A DNA stretch of 64,000 nucleotides from Eledone cirrhosa. Taxonomy: Eukaryota. Under the pieces are notes generated by a model. It ran no database searches. It had not been told where the DNA came from and saw only the letters and a program-made list of their open reading frames with translations. Positions 12,357 through 25,719 of this stretch are shown here, piece after piece (position 1 is the stretch's first letter; the number at the start of each line of letters is the position of its first letter). The DNA is taken from the NCBI GenBank assembly GCA_964016885.1, contig OZ024742.1:361584001-361648000 (forward strand), given 5' to 3'. A program made the translations under genes and the position numbers.

Positions 12357-13385
12357 AGGGCGGGTAAAATTCACGAGATCCATGGACAATATCTCTTCAG
12401 CGGTCTCTGTCCCTCATTATAGCTGCATTGTCCTAGGTCTCCAACAGACCAGCGTCTGTCCTTAGGGCATCAACATATGTTAACCTCAGTCTCCTGTGTC
12501 GCTTTTGAGCTGAATTCTTAATCCTCAGTGTATACTAGTTAATGTTCAGTGTATACTAATTAATGTTCAGGCTTTGCTCTTCTCGAACACATCATCTTCC
12601 GTATTCCCAATCTTTGCTCCCAAATACAGGCAGTCCTCAACCAATTCTAGCAGCTCCCCGCTTACATTAGTAATCTTCTCTGGCTTATTAATATTCTCTA
12701 GCAGATATTTTGTCTTGATCTCATTCATTCTCAGCCCGACACTCATCGACAGTCTCAACCTCCTGCATAAAATCCTCTGCCTCCTTCACTGTGTTTGTCA
12801 TCGAAACTATGTCGTCGGCAAATTCAGCATCCAATGTCTTTTTCCCTTTAACTCTCATGCTCTGAGCTGGTGTTACAGTAAAGCCAGAGTCTTGGTGTTT
12901 CTCCAGCGCAAGGCGCATACAACAGTCCACTATGATGATAAAAAGATAGGGGGGCCAATGTATTTCCCTGGAGCACTCCAGCCAGTATCTCAAAGAACTC
13001 CGTTATCCCATCAGGTGTAATGACTTGGGATTTGGTGTAGAGCAGCGATATCAGGTCCACTAGCTTCTTGGGGATTCCATAAACCTGTAAGAGCTTCATC
13101 AAGTAGTGACAGTCCACAGAAAGCATGACCGCAAGAAGGCAGTTTGCTCTAGCTCCCTCTAATATCCTCCTCAGCATCAGGATGTGATTGGTGGTTGATC
13201 TTCCCTCTTTGAAGCCGTTATGGTTGTCCCTTATCACGGGCTGGATCCTGTTAAGAATCATCCTGTTGACGGTCTTTGCCACAAGTCACGTCAGTGCGAT
13301 CCCTCTGTAGTTGTTGGTGTTAGAGAGATCTCCCTTCTTTGGCACTGGGACGATGTTACTGATCCTCCACTCAACTGGTGCTCCC
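12357..13385 (-). mobile_element. RT fragment of a second RTE-clade LINE family
   Basis: NIVPVPKKGDLS..NNYRGIAL, NRMILNRIQP, GVLQGNTLAP, FADDI, YLGA. Confidence 0.75.
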
Positions 13386-13764
13386 TGTGGCTATAAGCCA
13401 GAAAAGTCATAATGACCAGGCTGCTCCTTGACACTAATTAGCGTCTAACCCTAGTGCTGTTAAATACACTCTCCATATTTTTGTCAATGTCTAACAATAC
13501 CTTACCAGCACCACTCGAATAAGGTCATTATTTAACCTATAAATGGGGCCCTAACAGGTACTACTATTCCGAGCCAGAGAAAACCTGGGAGTTTTGACAA
13601 CTAAGGCGTAACTCCACATTCCCCACAGCTCCTGAACTCGAGCCTTGCCACTGGATGTAGTTTAATGTCATACCCAGGACAAATATATACATACATATAT
13701 ATATACATACACATACACATATATACATACATATATATATACATATATACAAATATATATATGC

Positions 13765-14220
13765 GTACGAAAGTGTGGTTACATGATGCCTATGCGAGAT
13801 GTGCGACGCTGCATGGTAGTGAGACATGGACAGCAACTGCAGAGGATATGCGATGGCTGGAGAGAAATGAAGCAAGCATGCTCCGTTGGATGTGCAATGT
13901 CAATGTGCGGAAACGACCAAGCATAAACGAGTTGAGAGAGAAACTGTGTTTAAGAGGGATAAGTTGTGGTGTGCAAGAGAGGACTGAGATGGTATGGACA
14001 TGTGAGGCGCATGGAGGTTGAGCGCTGGGTAAAGAAGGGAGACGCAGTAGAGGAAGACCACGAAAAACATGGGTGGAGGTGGTGAGAGCTGACTTCAGAT
14101 CGCTGAAACTCACCAAGGAGATGACGAAGGACCGTGACAAGTGAAGAGATGCTTTGCCCAAGAGGACCTGTCCCACCCTTTCAAGCAGGGAAAAGCGGAC
14201 GTAAAATGATGAACAGACGA
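13765..14220 (+). mobile_element. RTE LINE 3' end
   Basis: LHGSETW...LERNEASMLRWMC; paralog of 8928-9355. Confidence 0.85.
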
Positions 14221-14654
14221 TGATAATGATGCTCTCTATATATCTATCTCTCTATCAATCTATCAAGATATCTGTGCATCAGTCTATCTATTTACCTATA
14301 AACACCCTCCTGCACGTCTCACTCTGTCTCAGGATCACCGAGACATCACCAACAACCAACCCACGCTGTGGGAAACATTCCTCCCCGGGGCACACCCTGG
14401 TACTTCACACCATCTGTCTGTCTCGCTGCCTAACTACCGAGAAATCCGGCTTATGTGCTTGCCTAATTTGTAGGTTATTAGGCAGTTGGCAGGTTTGCGG
14501 AAGTTGGTTTTGCAAATGGTTAAAACACTTGCATCACAAAATTCAAGAAGCATCACTCCTTGTTTTATCTTTCTCATCTTTACCTAGGCCTGCATAAGTT
14601 AGTGTTACGGTTAGTGTTACGGTTAGCGTTACGGCTAGTTTTAGGGTTAATTGA

Positions 14655-16309
14655 GGGCAAGAAACTGCTGCTAGGTAAAGAAAAGAAAAGCTGCATTTAC
14701 AAGCAATTTTTACAAACAGCCACAATGACAGGACGGAGACATCGTTATGCTAGCAGGGAATTTCAATGGTCATGTTGGACAGCTCTAGGATGGTTACACT
14801 GAGGTACATGTTGGGCACACTTACGGCTTAAGAAATGAAGCAGTGAACCTTCTTGAATTTTGCGATGCAATTGCACTAACCATCTACAACACTAACTTAC
14901 ACAAATCTGCCAACCACCTAATAACCTACAAATCAGGCAAGCACATAAGCCAGATTGACTTCTTGCTAGTTAGGCAGCGGGACAGGCAGATGGTGTCAAA
15001 TACAAAGGAATACCCCGGGGAAGAATGTACCCCACAGCATAGGTTAGTCGTTAGTGATATCTCCGTAAGCAAGAGACTGAATGAGACATACAGGAAGGTG
15101 TGGAAAAAAGAAAGGTCTGGAAGCTAAAAGAGCTTTCACTAAAATACAAATTTAGGAAAGCCCTTCAATATGTGTATGATGAAAAAGAAGACGATTTAGA
15201 GTCGTACAACATAGATGATAACTGGAATTTCTTATGCGATACCTTACTGCAGGTTACTGATGAAACTTGTGGCTGGATCAGAGTTCCAACCAGACAGAGA
15301 GTGACATGGTGGTGGGACAGCACGGTAGATCGGGCCATTGGAGACTAAAGACTAGCATGGAATGCTTGCAAAATTAGTGCGAGTAGAGAAGAATATACAG
15401 CCGCTAAGAGAGAAGCTAGAGGTCAGGTGTACTTAGCACGCAAGGAGGCTGCTCGACAAGAAGATCAAAGACGCGCTGTGTTCCGTATTGCGAGGCTGTG
15501 TGTCAGTGCAAATCGAGATTAAGTTTGTCTGCTTAATGATGCCGGCGTACTTGGTTTCACGGATGGTCAGAAAAAAAAGGCCTGGAAATGTCATTAAGAG
15601 AGACTGATGAATGTAGAGACCCAATGTGAGAAAGAGAGAAATTACCCCCCCCCCCCAGTACATCCGACAGAGGGATCAGCTATTCAGATTGACGAATATA
15701 TGGTCCAAGAGGCGATTAAGGAAATGAATAATGGTAGGGCCGCTGGACCGTCAGGAATAGTTGCTGAGATGCTGCAGGCATCAGGGGACATAGGCACTAA
15801 ACTGGTTGCACACTTCATCAAATCAGGCTATATATGTCGGTTTTGTACTCAAAGACTGCTGCAGCAATATTCTCGTAAATTGCTACAAAGGTAAAGGGGA
15901 TGCTCTGGACATGAGCAATTATAGAGGAATAAAGCTGATGGATCAGGTTGTGAAAGTGGCAGAAAGGATATTAGCGCAACTAATTATAGAAAGGGTCCAA
16001 CTAGATGCGATGCAGTTTGGTTATGTGCCTGGGAAAAGTGCAACAGATACCCTCTTAGCGAGACAACTACAAGAGAGGTTCTTAGAAGCCACTATACTTA
16101 GCTTTTGTTGAAATAACTTCCTTTCTCTTACTGATCATAACTGCAAAATAGAAAACAGTAGCGTTAGAGTGAACAGTACAGTGCTGTGCAGTGCAGTGCA
16201 GTGTAGTGTAGAGTAGTGTGATTTAGTATGGTGCAGTTTAGTGGCACAGTACACTGTAAAACATTTAGCCAATCTCTCAGACATTTACAAATATTTCAAG
16301 ATATATATA

Positions 16310-16365
<56 letters not shown>

Positions 16366-16862
16366 GAGAGAGAGAAATTACCCTCAGTAGATCAGACAGA
16401 GGAACCAGCTATTGAGATTGACGAATATAGGGTCCAAGAGGCGATTAAGGAAATGAAAAATGGTGAGGCTGCTGGACCATCGGAGATAGTTGCTGAGATG
16501 CTGAAGGCCTCAGGGGACGTACGCACTAAACTGGTTGCACACATCAATCAGGCTATATATGGCAGTGTCATACCCAAAGACTAGTGCAAAAGTAAAGGGG
16601 ATGCTCTTGAGAGGAGAAATTATAGGGGTATAAAACTGATGGATCAGGTTATGAAAGTGGCAGAAAGGATATTAGCACAACTAATTAGAGAAAGGGTCAA
16701 ACTAGATGAGATGCAGTTTGGTTTTGTGCCTGGGAATAGTACAACAGATGCCCTCTTCTTGATGAGACAATTACAAGAGAGGTTCTTAGAGAAAAATAAG
16801 CCACTATACTTAGCCTTTGTTGACCTAGAGAAGGCCTTTGATAGGGTACCCCGATCTGTCAT
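14655..16862 (+). mobile_element. Decayed RTE LINE fragments (end of APE endonuclease to RT N-terminus; two pieces)
   Basis: ITYKSG..SQIDFLL, QHRLVV, TWWWD, AAGPSGIVAEML, NYRGIKLMDQ, LAFVDLEKAFDRVPR. Confidence 0.85.
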
Positions 16863-17244
16863 CTTATTATTTAACCTATAAATGGGGCCCTAACAGGTAC
16901 TACTACACCAGGCCAGAGCAGACCTGGGAGTTATGACAACTAAGGGGGTAACTCCACGTTCCCCACAGTTCCTCCTGAACTTGAGCCTTGCCACTGGATG
17001 TAGTTTAATGTCATACCCAGGACAAATATATACATATACACACACATATATATATATATATATATCAAAATTGATGGAAGTTACGGAGTAGGCAAACCCA
17101 GAAAAACCTGGGACGATCTGATAAATTCCGACCTTACATACATCTCTCCAAGACAATGTCACTGGACAGAGATCTTTGGCACTACGCAGTAATACAGAAG
17201 ACCTGATTTGTCTATGTACAACGCGAAACCTAGTCAGTAGGCAC

Positions 17245-17600
17245 CTCTTAACCAAAAATACACGCGCATCCCACTAACCTCTCCCCCAACCTCTTTCTCT
17301 GTAAAGTTATGTTGGTACCACAACACCCAGCCCTAAATAAATGAGGTCGTGTAGATGTCACGAGAAAAAAAAAAAAAAAAATCTCCACGCTGTAATGTGC
17401 CCGTGTAGGTAACACGGTAAAAACCTCCCAGTCCACACTAAACGTGGTTGGTGTTAGGAAGGGCACCCAACCGTAGAAAACCTGCCAGACAGTCCTATAC
17501 GAGCGAGAAAAACCAATCTTGCCTCAAGTGGGACATCTCCCGTCTAAACCCATGCTAGCGTGGAAGATAGACTTTAAACGATGATGATGATGATGATGAT
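17245..17600 (+). mobile_element. SINE-like element with RTE-type tail and (GAT)n end
   Basis: Inverted paralog of 25335-25700; contains GTTGGTGTTAGGAAGGGCA shared with the other SINEs. Confidence 0.6.
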
Positions 17601-17766
17601 GATATATACACATGGGATAACAAGTTATCGTTTTAGGTAATCCAGTGAGAGGTTTCCTTACTTAGGTAGCGAGTTTGCAATAATTCCCATGCAGGTCGAT
17701 CTTGGAGTAATAGTAGTGAAAGAATGAAGAGTAAGATGGTCGGCTGTATAAAAAGGGTTTTATTTA

Positions 17767-17866
17767 CAGTACTAACAATTGTTTCATTGAACAGGTGAGT
17801 CTAAAAGTCGCTAATCACTCGACCTTAAATACAGTGTGTGGCTCTGATAAAATCATCGGAATACTG
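17767..17866 (-). ncRNA. Hammerhead-like motif with CCGATGA core and long, weak stem II
   Basis: CAGTATT-CCGATGA-(~66 nt)-GAAA-CAATTG-TT-AGTACTG; 7-bp stem I and palindromic stem III. Confidence 0.45.
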
Positions 17867-18289
17867 GAGGGTGTAACGCATGGCATTAGCATTTATAGAT
17901 ACATCAGAGAATCGAGTGAATGAAAACGAAAACATCAATAATAAAAGATAAACAATAATAAAAGTATAAAGAAGAAAGAATAACGATGTAAAAAATAAGT
18001 ACAAAATACGGTTTCTGATAATAGTAGTAGTAGAAGTTATAGTGGTGAGTAAGTGGATGTGTAAAATAGTGATGACAGTAATGATAACAATAACATGAAA
18101 AGGAATACGATATATGTTTTGAGTTTATAAATCAGCAAAATAAAAAGGCAAGTTGTATAATAAAATATCAAAGGATTAAATAAATAATAAAAAGTAAGAG
18201 ATAGAGAGATAAGGAATAGGAGACAGGGACTGAGAATATGGATTCGATGATGAGACATAAAGGGTAGGAATAAGGAGAGGGACTAAAAG

Positions 18290-19088
18290 TTATGTTTTTC
18301 TTAACGATGATAATACAAAATTAGAGGAATCAAAAGAGAATTACAGTACTATTCACATGTAGTGCAACTGGTGAAAAGTTTAAACCCCTTTTTACTGAAA
18401 AAAGCCTTAAACCTCGTTGTTTCAAGAATATTGACATTTCTAAACAGGAATTTTATTATAAAAAGAACATTACGGATGGATGACAGACAATATATTTTCA
18501 TTTTACCTAAAAGAAATCAATTACGAATTTTTTAAACAATAGAGAAAAGTATTATTGCTCCTTGATAATGCAGCATGCCACAAACAAAGCTTTTAAAATA
18601 TAAAAGAAATTTTTTCTACCCTCGAACATAACTACAAAATTACAACCTTTAGACCAAGGAATAATTTGGTCATTCAAATGCAACTACAATACGATTTTTA
18701 TTAATAAAGTTGGTTAATAAAGATGTGAAAGTGTCAATTTAAAAGGAACGTCATGAGTTACGCCCCTTTATTTTCCGAGTTCAACTTGGCCTTTCATCCT
18801 TATAGGGTCGATAAATAAAGTACCAGTGATGCACTGGAATAATTGCTGGCAAAAGTAAAAACAGTTATTGCATGGTATTTTTGGTCAGTCCAGGCATGGG
18901 ATTCGGTTGTAAAAGAGACAATTGTAAATTGCTGGGAAAAGTCAGGTCTACGAATACAGAATTCAATGAGTGAAGATTCGCTTGCAAAAGCATTGTGTTT
19001 AGAAAATGGGGAATACGAGCTGAAATACGCACTTAAGGAACTCAAGGAGCTAAAATATGATAATGTTACTTTTACAATTAAAACTTAA
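18290..19088 (+). pseudogene. pogo/Tigger-like DDE transposase remnant
   Basis: ITVLFTCSATGEK, WMT, KVLLLLDNAACH, LQPLDQGII, AWDSV..ETIVNCWEKSG, with stops and frameshifts. Confidence 0.8.
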
Positions 19089-19264
19089 ATTTAAATTTTT
19101 ATGTCTTGTTTTTAGTTTACTTAAGGTAAACATGACAACTTAAATTCAAGTTTTTTGTCAAAAAAAAGGTCATTATTGACATTTTTACACACACACACAC
19201 ACTTATATATATATACATACATACTTATATATCCATACATATATACTTATATATACATACATAC

Positions 19265-19980
19265 ACTAGCAGAAGTACCCGGCGTTGCCCGGGTGTAAGT
19301 CGACCTTTGGTCTGTTAGAATGTGTGAAAGTAACTTCCCTCGCATCACAGGTTCAAAACTTCGAACTTCAATGAAAAAAAAATAGGTTAGTAGACGCAGG
19401 TGTGTAATTTATTAATTGTAGTTACACAGTGTATCGTTGAAATTGTTCTCTGCACGACTGACGGAAGTCAAAATCGCTTGATATTGAATGTTCAGTTAAT
19501 TTAAAGCAGGGTGAAAATGTCGATTTTTTACAGGTTTTTTTTTTTTTTTACAATTTTTGCGCTCACATGTGCAGAAGAATTAAAAGGGCCTTTATCTTAA
19601 TCGCGGCATAATGGCGAGTCTTTTGTGACAGTTTTCAAGAATATCGGACGTTCCTGTAAAAAGTTTTCCCATGTGTAACTTTGCCTTGTCTTTTTGCGCA
19701 AAGTCGAGCCCCGCTTCAGTTTTATTGATTTTTTACATCAATGCGTGATATCTGAAGTAGATTTGAGTAGCTAAAAACCTGTCACGGTAAATTTGCTATA
19801 GGTGAAAAAACGTTGATCAAAATTGTATCTAGGGTTATTGCCCTTTGCAACAGCCTCAACGTGTCTTCAAGTATGGTTTGTTAATTTGCTGTGGAACTAA
19901 ATCTACTTTCGTCAAATCGGACCGAGGAATCAATGTTTCCATTTCTCTTTCTAGCTAGTGTACCCGGATATACACGGGTT
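19265..19980 (-). mobile_element. Non-autonomous Helitron sequence with two 3' termini
   Basis: CTAG plus CCCGG..CCGGG subterminal hairpins at 19265-19294 and 19951-19979. Confidence 0.55.
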
Positions 19981-20749
19981 TATAAGGCGCTGGATTTAAC
20001 TAAATGAAGAACAAACGTTTCCCTTTGTGCTCCAATCTGTGATATTGGTATTTTGAAAAAAAATAGTCCACAAACATCTATGGAGCATGTGTAACGCATG
20101 TATCAGGTTATGAGAAAAAGGGTTTTCGATTCTCCATACATAAGATACAAAACAATTGCACGCAAATAAAACGGGATTTTAAGGCACTGCCCAATTCATA
20201 GCTGAAAGGTAAGAATCAACTAAGAGTTCTTGTGTTCGAATTCACATAAAATTTCATTGGAATCGAAAAACATTGTCATGGGGCCCGAATATCGATTTTT
20301 CGAAAATTTCAAGTAGCCTATTCCACTCTACGCTATATATATATATATACTACGGGTGGTTTTCTGCTAGCACGTGTAGTGTGTATATTGATATTATACG
20401 CAAGTATATATACATGTAGATATGATACGTCAAATAAAATCGCAATTGACAATATACACATTAGTTGAACGAAGAGTGTGTTACACTGTCTTATGTGATA
20501 AATGATACATTTATAGATAAGGATGAGGGGCTAAATATTATCTATATGATTTTACCTTGTTGTTATAGGTCTTCGAAGGATATTAGTTATAAGTGATATA
20601 ATTGAAATACCTTAATCGAAGAGTTGGTAGCTTCTTATCGGTAGTAAATGCTTCTGACTTCCAGGATATAAATAAATAGCTCTTCAATGCTCACTCCTCT
20701 ATAAATATAATTTTATTTGTCGAAAAGGATTGTAGGAGTCATTTTACAA

Positions 20750-22125
20750 TAAATTTTCGCGCGTTTGTATCATCTCCAAGTCAGTTCGGTCTGTCATACG
20801 CAACTTCCCATTGGTGAGTTTGATGTATGTTGAAAGTAAAGGAGTGTTTGAATGTGATTGTGGTGTTTGCGGTGGTGCTTGTATTGACACATTGTAGAAG
20901 AGGGGAGTATGAGGCTCTGGTGTGAGAGCATCTGTGTAGGCCCGCTTTAGTCTGTCAATAGAGTGTGTCTTTATGTCCATTAAAGTCAAAGGTGAAATGT
21001 TTATCTCTACGTGCAAGTACACGATAGGGTCCAGAATAAGGTGGAGTGAGAGGACTTCTCACTGCGTCATTTCTGACAAAAAACATGGGTCCACAAGGAA
21101 AGTACCTCGGAACAGAAGATTTAAAGGTTTGTTGCCTAGTTTTCATATGAGGCAGGACTTGAAAATACGCACGCAAACGGGTCACATATAGTGTAGAGTC
21201 CTGAGTAGCATTAGATGCAGGGTGGTAACTGGTAGTCCTAATCAGCTATGGTCAAAATCCATGAGAAATCTCTACGTAAATCCAGGTCCAAAGAGCGAGA
21301 GATTTGTCCATATGTAGGGATAGCTGAATGATTTATAGCTTGTAGTGATATGTGTGAGAGGAGGTTTTTCTTTCAAGTGTGTTAACGGCCAAATGCTGCA
21401 ATACGCACCCGTGTCGATGAGGCAGCGTGCGTGCGAGAAGGAATCCGTAATGAAAAATCTACGACTTTCAGTACTGAATTACGGAGAAGACGTCGTGCTT
21501 AATTCTCTGTTACTTCGTTGGCGATACATTTATGAGCAGAGGCTCCGAAACGGATATGGTAAAAGCATGCTCGCGATGGTGAAGGTTAGAAACGACGACG
21601 TGAATAATTCGAACGATTCAGTGACCGTTGTCGGGGAGATCTCGATCTGGATAAACGAAGAAATTGTACCTCCTTTGTAAGGTCAAGGATGGCCTTTAGT
21701 GTTGCTTCGTTTGTCGAAGTGGCGCTGGCCGAAACTGATGCGACAGGAAAAGGTGAAGCATTTGTTGCAAGTCGTGAAGGCGTAGTGGTGGTCGAATTGC
21801 CGGAGTACTCCAAAATGTTATCAGCGTAAGAGCTGTGTAGGTGTATAGTCGCCAAGGTGTACATCAAAGACGTTCGTAAACTTTAACAAAATAGTTGCGA
21901 ACAAAACATGTAAAAATAATTTTTTTAAGTCCGTAGTATCCTTGAAACAGTAAAGAGTGCGCTTATGTTGGCCAAAGTAAAAGCGCGGGAATAAGTGATG
22001 AAGAAAGAGGAGGTGAGTCGCCACATTGGACAAAAATGCCATGTACAAACAAAATATTGTGTTATTGTAAACTCGACATTTTTTTTATGTGTGTGAAGGA
22101 TGTATTCTTTACAGTCAGGTCACCA
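20750..22125 (-). mobile_element. Ty3/Gypsy LTR-retrotransposon internal remnant (gag tail, protease, integrase C-terminus)
   Basis: LIDTGAYCSIWP, RTTSYHPASN, LTPPYSGPYRVL...SIDRLK; PBS-like TGGTGACC near 22117-22125. Confidence 0.75.
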
Positions 22126-22371
22126 TTTTTATAGATACGTCTTCACGCGTCAACTGTGTCGATCTGTCTGGCACGCGACGACTGTCTCGGGTTTTTAACA
22201 AGAGAGTGAGATTGCCCATGTATTTATACGCAACCTCCCATTGGTCAGTTTGACATTATTGCGTATGCAAATGTTGGTATTGCGAGGTGCGACGTAGTTC
22301 CACTACGCATTAAAACAAAGACGATATTATATATAAACTGCATTAGAATAACTACATTTTTTTCGAAACAT

Positions 22372-22910
22372 TTACCTTCACCAGTTGGATACGTGACATT
22401 GCCACTCAAACTCCCTTAAATACGACTGAAATATTGGTCGGCTGGTACCATTGATGCGTTTTAGTTTCTTGTTGGCATCAGACCACACCCCCCTCAATAT
22501 TTTGCGTGTATGTACTTGATATGGGATCAACGAAATGCTTTTTAAATGATTGACAGTCAGATGTGTATAACGACCAGGCAAATTTGGCATACCCGCCACT
22601 CATCTGTATGGATCATAGATCCATTTGCACAGTGCCTTTCAATGAGAGGCAACAGTCTCAGCAGCCTGATCAGGGATTTCATGGAGAAAAATATTGCGGG
22701 AATTATTAGTATCAATTCCGCCAATGACACAATGTCCTTCATGCTAGAGCCCACGAGCATATTTACGATGAAAATATTTGCTCTCCTCAATTTGTACAGT
22801 TATTCGTATTCCGTTAGAATCAAGACCACCGAGTATCGCCAGATTTTGCTCAACCCATTCACTACATACATCACGCATACAATTGCACAGGTAAAAAAAA
22901 ATTACTGTAT
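22372..22910 (-). pseudogene. Merlin/IS1595-like transposase remnant
   Basis: LLPLIERHCANGSMIHTDEW, HLTVNH, GVWS, YLREFEW. Confidence 0.75.
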
Positions 22911-23919
22911 ATCGCAACAATATATTGTTTAAAGAATTTTTTTTTCTGTTGTTAAAAACTGTAAATCTGTTAAAAAAAAAATGTATTTCGCAGCAATATT
23001 TTTTCTGTTAAAAACTGTAAATAAATATTCATGTAAAAATGAAGCATAGTTTTTTTGTGAAAAACTGTAAATAAATATTTATTTTGTTCAAAAATTAAAT
23101 CAAAAATCTAATTTTCTCTGTTAATATTTTAATAAATATTTATTCTAAAAATTCAATGTTTTTTCGTGTAAAAATGAAGCATGTAAGAAAATTAACATGT
23201 AAAAATCAAGCAGCAGCAGCTGATGACGTATCGTGACGTATCGTGTAGTGGGTGGAGCTAATAACTGAATGTCGATGATAATTTAGGACACTAAAACCAA
23301 GTATCGCCCCAACCCTAACCGTAAATATATTACATTTGTTTTAATCTTTAGTCACTTTACGGATATAAACGGCGGGAGTAACTTTGGTTGGGGTTCACCG
23401 GGTGAAATTAATTCTGCACCCCTCTCAGGCACGCGCTAGCTCGTATCTAAAAAAAAACTCGTATGTCGGTTCACTCGTATCTCAAGGTATCACTGTATTT
23501 AAAACATATTTGTTATGTTATTCTACTGTAAATTTATTTATATGCTCTGTTTATATTTTCATTCTGAAAGAATTGCAAACGATTTCTAATGTTATTTATA
23601 CAACTGTGAATAAAAGAGAAATTTGATAGTTTGTTATCAACTAAATACATTTGGAACAATTATTTACATCTTACAATTTGAAATGTTATTATATATTAAA
23701 TAAAGTACCAGTAATACACTGAATATTTGCCGGCCTTGTGCCAAAAGTAGAAACAATTATTATATATTAAATAACGTTACAAATGGGAGTGAAAATATAA
23801 ACACATATGATATATACAAAGAATATAAATAAATTTACAGTAGAATAACATAAATATGTTTTAAATATATACATAACACTACAAATGCTTAACTAACAGT
23901 ATAAATTGAAGGGGTGGAA

Positions 23920-24184
23920 AACGGAGCCAACACCAGAGCAAAAGACAGCAGCCAGGGGTACTGGGCAACCTCTCTAATGATTTTTAAGGCAAGCCAGCAC
24001 ACTGGCAGTGTTACCTCGTGTGATGGCGAGGCTGAGGTGCTGGAAGAAACAAGCGCCCTCGCCAGTTACCTCTATTAGGCGAGCCGCCAGTGAAGAGAGG
24101 AACCTCGCAGTCAGCGGCCCGACTCCCCACAGGCTGAAAAATTTACCCCTCGCTGCTGTCTTTTGCTCTGATGTTGGCTCCGTT
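23920..24184 (-). mobile_element. CRE-like retrotransposon 3' tip bracketed by 41-bp inverted repeats
   Basis: Minus strand FFQHLSLAITRGNTASV resembles LFQRVSLAVLRGNAFSI near 38550; arms 23920-23960 and 24144-24184 differ at 2 positions. Confidence 0.6.
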
Positions 24185-24934
24185 GTTCAACCGTTCCTTT
24201 GCATTTTCATAAATAAATTATGACAGTTTTTCGAAGCTAGAAATCAAATAGAGATATTTTTATACACATTGTATTATGTGTTTTTATTTTCATTCTGAAA
24301 GAACTGAACAATTTGTAATGTTAATTAAACACATGTTTAGCATACCTTTGTCTTCCTCGTCTTGCTTCATTGAAAAATTCTAGTTTCCTCTCTTAATTCA
24401 TTTCTTCTTTCTTCTGTTAAATTTCCTCTGAACTCTTTTTCCTTATATCATTAATATTATTGTTGTTTAAGTTGTTGCATTGAAATGGTTATCACTATTA
24501 TGTGCTGTATCAATATTGATAGCGTAATTTTCTGAAGTGACTCTCTTGTAAAATAAATGTCTTATTTGCTCCCATGGACGAGAAAGGAGGGTAAGAATAA
24601 ATAAAAAAAAGTTTCCAGAAGAAATAATAGTGGTCCGTTTGTTCAAACAATGAAACACAACTTGTTACGTTTTCACCGAAAATCAAATTCAGCGCCGTTC
24701 GTCTACCATTGCTGTATGTGGGTGTGTCTAAGTTTGTTTGGTGTGTACGCACGTGTCAAAGTCAATCATGTAATTATCTCCCCTTGGCAAACAAGCATCA
24801 TATGGCGGAAGAGGGTGTGTAACATCTGAAGATAGACGTTGCAAAATGTTTTGAGATACATAAATAGATAAGTAGGTAGATAGATAGATATATAATTGAT
24901 AGATATGTAGGTAGATAGATAGATATATAATTAT

Positions 24935-25053
24935 CACAAGTGTAGTGTTTGTACAAGAGTTTTCAAGTCGCTGGCTGGACTAAAGTCACACTCGTTCAGC
25001 GCATCGGTAGGGGTTCTCCTACATGGATATAATGTAGTGGCCGTACTCGAAAT
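24935..25053 (+). mobile_element. 5'-truncated 3' fragment of the 600-bp retroposon
   Basis: Matches the last ~130 bp of the full copies. Confidence 0.7.
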
Positions 25054-25334
25054 GCTGATATATATATATATGTATGGGTACTGGTATGTATATGTATGTG
25101 TGAATACTAATGTATATGTATGTATATATGTATGTATGTATGTGTGTGTATGTATGTGTATGTGTGTGTATGTGTATATATGTGTATGTGTGTATATGTA
25201 TATATGTGTGTGTATATGTATATATGTGTGTGTGTATGTATATATGTGTGTGTGTGTGTATGTATGTGTGTGTATGTGTATGTATGTATATATGTGTATG
25301 TATGTGTATATATGTATGTATATGTATATATGTA

Positions 25335-25700
25335 TCATCATCATTATCTTCGTTTAACGTCCATATTCCACGCTCGCATGGGTTTGGACGGGAGTTTTCC
25401 CACTTGAGGCAAGAGTGGTTGTCTTGCTCGCATAGGACTGTCTGGCGGGTTTTCTACAGCTGGATGCCCTTCCTAACACCAACCACATTTACAGTGTGGA
25501 ACTGGGAGGTTTTTACCGTGTTACCTACACGCCCACATTACAGCGTGGACTGTGTGTTTTTGTCGTGACACCTACACGACCTCATTTGTTTCGGGCTGGA
25601 TGTTGTGGTACCAACATAACTTTACATTGAAAGGGGTGGTGTGGATGGGGTGGGGGTAGTGGGACGGGGGTGTATTTTGTTAGAGGTGCTTACTGACTGT
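25335..25700 (-). mobile_element. SINE-like element with RTE-type tail
   Basis: Reverse-complement paralog of 17245-17600. Confidence 0.6.
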
Positions 25701-25719
25701 AGTAGGTTTTACTTTGCAC

